Origin: an uncultured Gemmatimonadaceae bacterium
GTDB lineage: Bacteria > Gemmatimonadota > Gemmatimonadetes > Gemmatimonadales > GWC2-71-9
Reading direction: 5' to 3'
DNA length: 63,090 nt
NCBI GenBank assembly: GCA_964519805.1
Contig: CAZFKN010000004.1
Location: 1-63,090, forward strand
Below the pieces are notes generated by a model that saw nothing but the letters and a program-made list of their open reading frames with translations, searched no databases and had not been told where the DNA came from. Positions within the stretch are counted from its first letter, which is position 1, and every line of letters starts with the position of its first letter. This document shows, in pieces, positions 26,014-33,802 of the stretch. A program made the translations under genes and the position numbers.

Positions 26014-26712
26014 ATGGCATCTCTCGCAACGCGCCGCCTCGGCACCGAGCTGCTCGACGACCCCGACGGGAGCCCCGCGCTGGTCCGGACGTCGCTCCGC
26101 AACATCGCCCGCGCCAACCGCTGGTTCGGCGGAACGGCGGCGCTCTGCTGGGGCCTCGGACGTGTCTTGCGCGGACTCGCGCCGGGCACGCGGCTTACGC
26201 TGCTCGACCTCGGGAGCGGGCTGGGTGACGTTCCCCGGGCCGCGGCGGCGTGGGCCGCCCGGCGCGGTATCGAGCTTGTCCCCATGGGCTTGGAGCGTCA
26301 TCCGGAGGCGGCTCGGCTCGCCATCGGCAGGGGGCTTCCTACGGTGATCGCCTGCGCGGGTGCGCCGCCCGTGTCACGGAAGAGCGTGGATATCGTCTCC
26401 GTCTGCATGCTCGCGCATCACTTCGAGCCCGACTCGGTAGTGGAGCTTTTCCGCACCTGCGAGGGCCTCGCGCGGCGGGCGGTGGTCGTCGCCGATCTCC
26501 GCCGCGCTCACCTGGCTGCAGCGGCGTTCTGGTGCGGGGCCCGGCTGCTGCGATTCGACCCAATCACCACTGCCGACGGGCTCACCTCGATCCGTCGCGG
26601 GTTCAGCCCCGGCGAGCTGACGGCGCTGCTCCGGCGGGCCGGCGTCTCCGGAAGAGTGGCCCGACGGCCCGGATGGCGACTCGTCGCAACGTGGACGCCG
26701 GCGCCCGCATGA
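26014..26712 (+). CDS. Class I SAM-dependent methyltransferase
   Basis: Motif I is LLDLGSGLGD and the overall pattern is Rossmann-like. 232 aa. Confidence 0.7.
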   Translation: MASLATRRLGTELLDDPDGSPALVRTSLRNIARANRWFGGTAALCWGLGRVLRGLAPGTRLTLLDLGSGLGDVPRAAAAWAARRGIELVPMGLERHPEAARLAIGRGLPTVIACAGAPPVSRKSVDIVSVCMLAHHFEPDSVVELFRTCEGLARRAVVVADLRRAHLAAAAFWCGARLLRFDPITTADGLTSIRRGFSPGELTALLRRAGVSGRVARRPGWRLVATWTPAPA

Positions 26713-27173
26713 TGCGGACCGAGGATCGGCTCTTCATGCGCGCACCGGTCGAGCGCGTCTTCCGCGCCGCGGCCGACGTCGAGCGCTGGCCGGAGCTGCT
26801 CAGTCACTATCGCTGGGTGCGAATGGTCGAGCGCCGTCCCGACGGCGGCGTGGTGGAGATGGCTGCGTGGCGGCCGTTCGGTCGTCTCCGGTACCCCACC
26901 TGGTGGGTGTCGGAGATGTGGGTGGACGCCAAGGCCGCCGCCGTGCGCTATCGGCACGTGCGGGGGATCACTACCGGGATGGCCGTCGAATGGCGGCTAC
27001 AACCGGCTTACGAAGGGACCGATGTGACCATCGTACATGAATGGAACGGGCCGGACTGGCCCTTGATTCGCCGCCCTGCCGCCGAGTGGGTGATCGGGCC
27101 CGTGTTCGTTCACGGGATCGCCTCGCGGACCCTCGCAGGCATCCGACAGGTTGTGGAGCGGGCCGATGCCTGA
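26709..27173 (+). CDS. SRPBCC family protein, polyketide aromatase/cyclase-like
   Basis: 154 aa from the ATG at 26709 (ATGA overlap). APVERVFRAAADVERWPELLSHY and WWVSEM...GMAVEWRL resemble TcmN-type ARO/CYC (Polyketide_cyc2) proteins. Confidence 0.65.
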   Translation: MMRTEDRLFMRAPVERVFRAAADVERWPELLSHYRWVRMVERRPDGGVVEMAAWRPFGRLRYPTWWVSEMWVDAKAAAVRYRHVRGITTGMAVEWRLQPAYEGTDVTIVHEWNGPDWPLIRRPAAEWVIGPVFVHGIASRTLAGIRQVVERADA

Positions 27174-28410
27174 TCGCCGCCGGGTCGTCATAACGGGTGT
27201 TGGTGCAGTAACGCCGATCGGGACGGGCGCCGCCGGACTGTGGCGCGGCTTGCGTGAGCGCCGCTCGGCCGTGCAGTGTGTGACCCGCTTCGATCCCACG
27301 CCGTTCAAGAGTCGGATCGCGGCGCAGGTGAACGATTTCGTCGCGACCGATCACCTGGAGGAGCGACGAGCCCGACGGCTGGACCGCTTTGGGCATTTCA
27401 GCGTGGCCGCGACCCGCCTCGCGATCGCGGACGCGGATTTCGACCTCTCGCGCGAAGACCCGGACATGGTGGGCGCAATGATGGGGACCGCGCTCGGCGG
27501 CGTCGCCTTCGGCGAGACGCAGTACCGCGAGTTCCTTCAGGGCGGGCCGAGAGCGGTCGATCCCACGCTCGCGCTCACGGTGTTTGCCGGCGCGGCGAGC
27601 TGCAACGTGGCGATCGAGTTCGGCGTTACGGGGCCCAACTCGACCAATGGAATGAGCTGTGCGTCCGGCACGATTGCCGTCGGTGAAGCGTTTCGCGCGA
27701 TCGTGCGCGGCGAGGCCGACGCCATGTTCGCGGGCGCCGCGGAGGCGCCGCTCGCGCCGCTCTGCTTCGGCGCCTTCGCCATCATCCGGGCGATGTCCAC
27801 CCGGAACGACGATCCCGCCCGGGCCAGCCGGCCGTTCGATCGCACGCGCGACGGATTCGTCATGGGAGAGGGGGCCGCAGTCCTGCTTCTGGAGGAGCGT
27901 GGCCGGGCCCTCGCGCGGGGTGCACCGATCTATGCGGAGATCTGCGGGTACGGACTCACGAACGACGCTTACCACATGACCGCGCCGCGACCCGATGGCC
28001 GCCAGGCCGCCCGGGCGATGCAGCTCGCACTCCGCGACGCCCGCATCGAGCCGGCCGACATCGGCTACATCAACGCCCACGGCTCGTCCACGCCGCTCAA
28101 CGACCCGACGGAGACGTCATCGATCAAGCAGGTCTTCGGTGAGCACGCCTACCGGGTGCCCCTGAGCGGGACCAAGGGATACTACGGCCACGCGCTCGGC
28201 GCGAGCGGCGCCATCGAAGCCGCCATCTGCGCGCTGTCGCTTCGTCACGGCTGGCTCCCACCGACCGTGAATCTCGAGAGCCCGGACCCGGCATGCGATC
28301 TGGATTACATCCGACAGGACGGCCGCGAGGCTCGGCCGGAGTTCATGCTCAGCAATTCGTTCGGGTTCGGGGGGATCAATGCGAGCCTGGTGCTCAAGCG
28401 GCCGGACTGA
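27166..28410 (+). CDS. Beta-ketoacyl synthase (FabF/KS-alpha-like)
   Basis: VVITGVGAVTPIG is present. The active-site Cys is in GMSCASG, and the His residues are in AYHMTAP and NAHGSSTP. GFGGINA is at the C-terminus. The ATG at 27166 overlaps the upstream gene by 8 nt. Confidence 0.85.
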   Translation: MPDRRRVVITGVGAVTPIGTGAAGLWRGLRERRSAVQCVTRFDPTPFKSRIAAQVNDFVATDHLEERRARRLDRFGHFSVAATRLAIADADFDLSREDPDMVGAMMGTALGGVAFGETQYREFLQGGPRAVDPTLALTVFAGAASCNVAIEFGVTGPNSTNGMSCASGTIAVGEAFRAIVRGEADAMFAGAAEAPLAPLCFGAFAIIRAMSTRNDDPARASRPFDRTRDGFVMGEGAAVLLLEERGRALARGAPIYAEICGYGLTNDAYHMTAPRPDGRQAARAMQLALRDARIEPADIGYINAHGSSTPLNDPTETSSIKQVFGEHAYRVPLSGTKGYYGHALGASGAIEAAICALSLRHGWLPPTVNLESPDPACDLDYIRQDGREARPEFMLSNSFGFGGINASLVLKRPD

Positions 28411-28433
28411 AAGAAGGGGAGCACGGCTCAGCC

Positions 28434-28461
28434 TTCCTACTTCTCACTTCCTGCTTAGCAC
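28434..28461. repeat. Heptamer array (reverse complement TGCTAAG CAGGAAG TGAGAAG TAGGAAG) at the ketosynthase/ccmD junction
   Basis: Plus strand reads CTTCCTA CTTCTCA CTTCCTG CTTAGCA, four in-phase 7-nt units. The ccmD stop (TGA, 28444-28446) lies inside one unit. Confidence 0.65.
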
Positions 28462-28554
28462 CTGCAGTCGCACAAAATACGCCAGCAGTATCGCCCCTGC
28501 CACTACGTAGGCCGCGATCATATACCCGCCGTTCACCGGCGGCTCAGGTGGCAC
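28444..28554 (-). CDS. ccmD: Heme exporter protein D (CcmD), small ORF absent from the track
   Basis: My translation from the GTG at 28554 is VPPEPPVNGGYMIAAYVVAGAILLAYFVRLQVLSRK (36 aa, single TM). It overlaps the ccmC 3' end by 11 nt, and both its position and its size fit CcmD. Confidence 0.5.
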   Translation of the reverse strand: MPPEPPVNGGYMIAAYVVAGAILLAYFVRLQVLSRK

Positions 28555-29257
28555 CGTGGTTCTCCCTCGCCTCCGCCGCCAGGCCGATGCCGTACCGCAG
28601 TGTGACCAGCCCGACATAGAGCAGCGTGAACATGAGGGTCGAGACGAGCAGCGTCCGCAGCATCTCCCACGGCAGTGACGGAGCGCTCGGCTTGAGCACG
28701 ATGGGCTGCGGGTGCAGCGTCCGGAACAGGTAGACGCTCAGATGCACGAACGGCACCAGCAGCATTCCCATGATGCCGACCACGGCGCTGAACCGCGCCC
28801 GTTCGTGGCGATCGTGCACGGCGGAGCGAAGCGCGAGATAGCCCACGAAGAGGAAGAAGAGGAAGAGGGTAAGCGTGAGGCGGGCATCCCACGTCCACCA
28901 GGTTCCCCAGATCGGCTTGGCCCAGATCGGCCCGGTGGTCAGCATCACGGCGGCGAAGACCAGGCCGACTTCCGCGGAGGACGCGGCGAAGCGGTCGAGC
29001 CGCGGGTCGTGGAGCCACAGGTAGAGCACGCTCACGATCCCGACCAGCGAGAACGCCAGGAGCGCGCTCCAGGCGGCGGGTACGTGCAGGTAGAAGATCT
29101 TCTGCGCCAGGCCCTGGCGGGCCTCGATCGGCGTATAGGCCAGCGCCATCACGTACACGCCCGCGATCCCGAGCAGGGCCAGGGCGCTGATGGTCCGGCC
29201 GCGCCGCATGACGACGTCAGCACGCTCGATCGAGTGCGGTGGAACGGCGGCGGTCAT
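28544..29257 (-). CDS. ccmC: Heme exporter protein C (CcmC)
   Basis: The WWD motif is WAKPIWGTWWTWDARLT. 237 aa, multi-TM. It follows ccmA and ccmB. Confidence 0.85.
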   Translation of the reverse strand: MTAAVPPHSIERADVVMRRGRTISALALLGIAGVYVMALAYTPIEARQGLAQKIFYLHVPAAWSALLAFSLVGIVSVLYLWLHDPRLDRFAASSAEVGLVFAAVMLTTGPIWAKPIWGTWWTWDARLTLTLFLFFLFVGYLALRSAVHDRHERARFSAVVGIMGMLLVPFVHLSVYLFRTLHPQPIVLKPSAPSLPWEMLRTLLVSTLMFTLLYVGLVTLRYGIGLAAEARENHGAT

Positions 29258-29934
29258 TCGTCCACCACGTAAGAGAAAACGAGGGCGGCCACGGTCACGA
29301 AGACGACATCGTAGGCGGCGAGTATTCTAAGCCACCCCAGCATCTCGCTCAACGGACGGTCCGCCAGCAGTCGTGAGGTTATCTGCACCGCGCCGACGAG
29401 CGGCGGGACCATGAACGGGAGCAGCAGCACCGGCAGCAGCAGCTCGGCAAAGCGGGTCCGGACCGCCATCGCCCCGAACACCGTTCCGACCGCGACGAAG
29501 CCGATCGTGGCGAGTATCGCGGTGCCGACGATGCCGCCGACCGCCCGGGAGAGGTCCAGGTTGAAGAAGAGGACGAACAGCGGAAGCGCGACCGCTTCCA
29601 CCACCGCGACGAACGCGAGGTTGGCCAGCATTTTCCCAGCGAACAGCGCGCCGCGCGGCACCGGTGCGAGCAGGAGCCCATCGAGCGCCCCGTGCTCGCG
29701 CTCCACGGCGAACGCGCGGTTCATCGCGATCATCGCCGCGAACGCGAACGTCACCCACAGGGCGCTCGGTGCGAGGTCGGTCGATGACAGAGCGGTCGGA
29801 TCCCGGGCGAAGTTGAAGATGACGAGCACCAGCGCCCCGAACACCGTCGCGGACAGGAGCGCCGTCTTGCTGCGCAGCTCCGCCCGCACGTCCTTCCCCG
29901 CCACCACCAGCGCCAGCCGGATGGCTTCACGCAT
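29254..29934 (-). CDS. ccmB: Heme exporter protein B (CcmB)
   Basis: From the ATG at 29934 (MREAIRLALVVAGKDVRAELRSK). 226 aa with 6 TM segments. It overlaps ccmA by 8 nt and ccmC by 4 nt. Confidence 0.8.
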   Translation of the reverse strand: MREAIRLALVVAGKDVRAELRSKTALLSATVFGALVLVIFNFARDPTALSSTDLAPSALWVTFAFAAMIAMNRAFAVEREHGALDGLLLAPVPRGALFAGKMLANLAFVAVVEAVALPLFVLFFNLDLSRAVGGIVGTAILATIGFVAVGTVFGAMAVRTRFAELLLPVLLLPFMVPPLVGAVQITSRLLADRPLSEMLGWLRILAAYDVVFVTVAALVFSYVVDE

Positions 29935-30643
29935 TGGCCAGCGCGTGGTAGCGGGGAAGGAACTGATCGAGGTCCCCGGCACGCGGCTCGTCGAGGGCCC
30001 AGCGCCCCTCCGCCAGCACGGCGACCCGGGACGCCAGCTCCCAGGCGTCATCGAGGTGGTGGGTCACGAGCACCAGCGCGAGGCCGGCCGAAAGCCGCGC
30101 GCGCAGGAGGGACCGCAGACGCTCTGTCGCGGGCGCATCGAGACCGGTGAACGGCTCGTCCAGCAGCAGGAGGCGGGGCTCATGCACCAGCGCCCGCGCG
30201 ATCGAGGCCCGCTGGAGAAGCCCCCGGCTCAGGCGCGGCGGCCGCTCGTTACCCTGTCCCCCGAGCCCCACCAGCTCGAGCACCCTTGAGGCGGCGTCGA
30301 CGGGGTTTGGCACGCCGTACAATCGAGCGGCGAGCGCCACGTTCTCTCTGACGGTGAGATCGTCGTACAGCATCGACTGATGGGACACGAACCCGACCGG
30401 GCGGCGCGCGTCCGGGTCCGAGGGCTCCACCCTCCTGCCCGCAACCCGCACCTCTCCGGCGGTCGGCCGGGCCAGACCGGCGAGGAGCCGGAGCAAGGTG
30501 GTCTTTCCCGCCCCGTTCGGGCCCGCGACGACCAGGGCCTCGCCGGCGTGAACCCGGACATCGACGCCCCGCAGCACGCGGAGCGCGCCGAAGGAGCGTT
30601 GCAGACCGACCGCGTCGAGCATCGGGCCGTCAGAGGACGGCAT
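29927..30643 (-). CDS. ccmA: Heme ABC exporter ATP-binding protein CcmA
   Basis: Walker A is GPNGAGKTT, the signature is LSRGLLQR and Walker B is LLLLDEP. Its position is upstream of ccmBCD. Confidence 0.8.
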   Translation of the reverse strand: MPSSDGPMLDAVGLQRSFGALRVLRGVDVRVHAGEALVVAGPNGAGKTTLLRLLAGLARPTAGEVRVAGRRVEPSDPDARRPVGFVSHQSMLYDDLTVRENVALAARLYGVPNPVDAASRVLELVGLGGQGNERPPRLSRGLLQRASIARALVHEPRLLLLDEPFTGLDAPATERLRSLLRARLSAGLALVLVTHHLDDAWELASRVAVLAEGRWALDEPRAGDLDQFLPRYHALANA

Positions 30644-30998
30644 CGATGCGCGCGCCGAGCTCGTCGAGACGGAAGGGTTTGACGATGTAGCCGGAGTGGG
30701 GAAGATCCAGCGCCTTGAGCTGCGGCTCGATACTCATGTACGCGGTCGTGATGATGACCGGAAGGCTGGGCCGGGAGTGCCTGATCCGGCGGAGGAGATC
30801 CACGCCGTCGGTGTCGGGCAGGCGCATGTCGAGCACCGCGACGTCCGGCGGCCGCTCCGCGAGCAGTGCCAGCGCCTCGGCACCGGTGCTCGCGAAGACG
30901 AGGTCGTACCGCGGATTGAAGTGCCGCTCGTAACTCAGGCGCAGGGCCGGCTCGTCTTCGACGAACAGAACGCGCCGCCGAACCTTGTCATCATGCAT
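30630..30998 (-). CDS. Stand-alone response regulator receiver domain protein
   Basis: RVLFVEDEPALR...VAVLDMRLPDTDG...ITTAY...VKPF are the CheY-like receiver motifs. I prefer the start at 30998 (MHDDKV); the track gives 31073. It overlaps the ccmA start by 14 nt. Confidence 0.75.
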   Translation of the reverse strand: MHDDKVRRRVLFVEDEPALRLSYERHFNPRYDLVFASTGAEALALLAERPPDVAVLDMRLPDTDGVDLLRRIRHSRPSLPVIITTAYMSIEPQLKALDLPHSGYIVKPFRLDELGARIDAVL

Positions 30999-31122
30999 GC
31001 GCAGACCTTCGAACGCGGGTCCGGTACGGCACGGACCCAGCGGGTCATCCACGGGGATGGAACGGACGAACACTAATTCCGCGGCGGGATACCGTCCATA
31101 GTGCGGGCCGGACGCCCCGGGG

Positions 31123-31437
31123 TCAGGCGACCCCCGTTTCGAGGTGAAAGAGGTCGACGAGCTTGGTCACCACGAGGAGGAAGCGCATCTCGTCGTTGGG
31201 GTTGCGGAGTACCACCGACTGCCGCCGCTCGGCCGCGCGTCGCTGAATCAGCATCAGGACGCCGAGCCCCGCGGAGTCGACCTGTCGCGTGCGGGCGAGA
31301 TCGATGATGAGCTGGCCGCTGCCGTCGGGCAGGGCGTCCAGAATCTGGACCGCCGCCTTGCGGAATTCCACCCGGGTATCGAGTCCCAGGCGCTCGGGCG
31401 CAATCAGCTCGCGAGCCGTGCCGTGCGTGGTTTCCAT
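31123..31437 (-). CDS. STAS domain protein (anti-sigma-factor antagonist-like)
   Basis: From the ATG at 31437, with GGGAGGC 4-10 nt upstream. LIIDLARTRQVDSAGLGVLMLI is a typical SpoIIAA/STAS core. Confidence 0.7.
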   Translation of the reverse strand: METTHGTARELIAPERLGLDTRVEFRKAAVQILDALPDGSGQLIIDLARTRQVDSAGLGVLMLIQRRAAERRQSVVLRNPNDEMRFLLVVTKLVDLFHLETGVA

Positions 31438-31815
31438 GAAGCCTCCCACACCCGACAAGGCTGGCGCGCAAACCTGCGCTTGGCCTATGTCCACCTTCGG
31501 CACCGAGCTATCTCACCCCAGTCCTGCGGCGCGGATGAGACCTCTAGTTTTGCGGCCCCGGATCGCTCCGGGTGTGCTCTTATCGGGCGGATTTTTTTGT
31601 TCTGGGACCGCACCATGCGGCCCGCCGGGGGGAAAGGCGAGAGCGGTGCCATCGGTGCTAACACCAACGCGAAACGACACTTCCATGGCTGGGTCCGGGC
31701 CCGAGTGCGAGGCTCTGCACAGTACTTCGCGACAGACTGAGGAGAACTGCAACCCGGCTCTGGCTCCGTGGCACAGGCGGCTCTACCTTGTGAGTTCACC
31801 TTCATCTCGCGGCCC

Positions 31816-33771
31816 ATGACCGACCAGCTCGACACGCTGCTCTCCGAGTCCCGTCGCTTCCCGCCGCCACCCGAGTTCGCGGCGCAGGCGCTTGCCAAGG
31901 CCGATCTCTACGAGCGCGCCAAGCGCGACCGGCTCGCCTTCTGGGCTGAGCAGGCGCAGGCGCTCGACTGGCTCGCACCGTGGAACCGCGTCCTCGAATG
32001 GACCCCGCCCCACGCCAAGTGGTTCGTCGGCGGGAAGCTGAATGCGGCGGCCAACTGCCTCGATCGACACCTCGGAGGCCCCCGCCGCAACAAGGCCGCA
32101 ATCATCTGGGAGGGTGAGCCCGGCGATCGGCGCGTGCTCACCTACTGGGACCTTGCGCGCGACGTGTGTCGCTGCGCCAACGCTCTCAAGACGCTCGGAG
32201 TGAAGCGCGGTGACCGCGTGGCGATCTACCTCCCGATGGTCCCGGAGGCCGCGATCGCCATGCTGGCGTGCGCACGGATCGGCGCCATCCACTCCGTGGT
32301 GTTCGGCGGCTTCTCCGCCGAGTCCCTTCGCGATCGGATCAACGACGCCAAGGCGGTTGCCCTCGTCACCGCCGACGGGGGGTACCGCCGTGGCCAGGTG
32401 CTGGCGCTCAAGCGCTTTGCCGACGAGGCCCTGGCGGCGTGCCCCTCGGTGCGCAACGTGATCGTGGTGCGCCGGCGATCCGGCAGCGACGCCGACGAAA
32501 GCTGGGCGACGATGCAGGAGGGGCGCGACCACTGGTGGCACCGTCTGCTCGACGCGGCCTCGAGTGACTCCGAGGCCGAGGCCATGGATGCCGAGGATCC
32601 GTTGTACATCCTTTATACCTCCGGCACCACCGGCAAGCCGAAGGGGATCGTCCATACCACCGGTGGCTATCTCACCCAGGTTGCGGCCACCGCCAAGTAC
32701 GTGTTCGACCTGAAAGACGAGGATGTCTTCTGGTGCACCGCCGACGTCGGCTGGGTGACCGGGCATTCCTACGTGGTGTACGGTCCGCTCGCCAACGGAG
32801 CAACCGTGCTCATGTACGAGGGCGCGCCCGACTGGCCGGAGCGAGACCGGTTCTGGTCCCTCATTGCCCGCTACGGCGTGACGGTGTTCTACACCGCTCC
32901 TACCGCGATTCGCGCGTTCATGAAGTGGGGGACCGCTCATCCGGAGCGCCACGATCTGTCCACGCTCCGCCTTCTCGGCACTGTCGGCGAGCCCATCAAC
33001 CCCGAGGCGTGGATCTGGTATCACGAGCACATTGGCCGCGGGCGCTGCCCGATCGTAGACACGTGGTGGCAGACCGAGACGGGGGGCATCATGATCACGC
33101 CCCTCCCCGGCGTCATCACCACCAAGCCGGGCTCCGCCACCGTGCCCTTTCCCGGCATCTCGGCCGAGTTGGTGGATACGGCCGGTACGCCGGTAGCGCA
33201 GGGTGGCGGATTTCTCACGCTCACCGAACCCTGGCCCGGCATGCTCCGGACCATCTATGGCGACGACGAGCGCTATCGCCAGACGTACTGGACCCGGTTC
33301 CCGGGGCGCTACTTTGCCGGCGACGGCGCCAAGCTCGACGAGCACGGCTACTGGTGGCTCCTCGGCCGCGTGGACGACGTGCTGAACGTGGCTGGACACC
33401 GCATCGGCACCATGGAGGTGGAGAGCGCACTCGTGGATCACCCCGCCGTGGCCGAGGCCGCTGTGGTAGGCAAGGCGCATGAGCTCAAGGGCCACGCCCT
33501 TGCCGCATTCGTGACGCTCAAGGAGGGCAACCGGCCGACGTCCGGCCTCAAGGACGACCTCAAGGAGCACGTGGCAAAGAAGATCGGGGCCATCGCGCGC
33601 CCGGACGACATCCTTTTTTCGGCGGACCTCCCCAAAACCCGCAGTGGGAAGATCATGCGCCGATTGCTCAAGGACATCGCGGAGGGGCGGGCGCTCGGCG
33701 ATACGACGACGCTCGCGGATCCGAATGTCGTGAACCGGCTGAAGGAGATGTATGAAGGGCAGGAAGGATAG
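31816..33771 (+). CDS. acs: Acetyl-coenzyme A synthetase
   Basis: From the ATG at 31816 ([18 protein letters not shown]). The AMP-binding motif is [11 protein letters not shown], and [11 protein letters not shown] is at the C-terminus. About 651 aa. Confidence 0.9.
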   Translation: MTDQLDTLLSESRRFPPPPEFAAQALAKADLYERAKRDRLAFWAEQAQALDWLAPWNRVLEWTPPHAKWFVGGKLNAAANCLDRHLGGPRRNKAAIIWEGEPGDRRVLTYWDLARDVCRCANALKTLGVKRGDRVAIYLPMVPEAAIAMLACARIGAIHSVVFGGFSAESLRDRINDAKAVALVTADGGYRRGQVLALKRFADEALAACPSVRNVIVVRRRSGSDADESWATMQEGRDHWWHRLLDAASSDSEAEAMDAEDPLYILYTSGTTGKPKGIVHTTGGYLTQVAATAKYVFDLKDEDVFWCTADVGWVTGHSYVVYGPLANGATVLMYEGAPDWPERDRFWSLIARYGVTVFYTAPTAIRAFMKWGTAHPERHDLSTLRLLGTVGEPINPEAWIWYHEHIGRGRCPIVDTWWQTETGGIMITPLPGVITTKPGSATVPFPGISAELVDTAGTPVAQGGGFLTLTEPWPGMLRTIYGDDERYRQTYWTRFPGRYFAGDGAKLDEHGYWWLLGRVDDVLNVAGHRIGTMEVESALVDHPAVAEAAVVGKAHELKGHALAAFVTLKEGNRPTSGLKDDLKEHVAKKIGAIARPDDILFSADLPKTRSGKIMRRLLKDIAEGRALGDTTTLADPNVVNRLKEMYEGQEG

Positions 33772-33774
33772 GAG

Positions 33775-33802
33775 CCGTTAGCTAATGGCTAATGGCTACA
33801 AC
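33775..33802. repeat. Heptamer array (CCGTTAG CTAATGG CTAATGG CTACAAC) filling the acs/kup junction
   Basis: The 24-nt spacer between the acs stop (33769-33771) and the kup stop (33796-33798) is made of in-phase 7-nt units. CCGTTAGC and GCTAATGG are near reverse complements of each other. Confidence 0.6.

Noticed and set aside
31470-31495. Sigma-54-like TGGAC...GC motif on the minus strand upstream of the STAS gene
   Set aside because: The GG-to-GC spacing is off by one nucleotide relative to the strict -24/-12 geometry, and the flanks match poorly.
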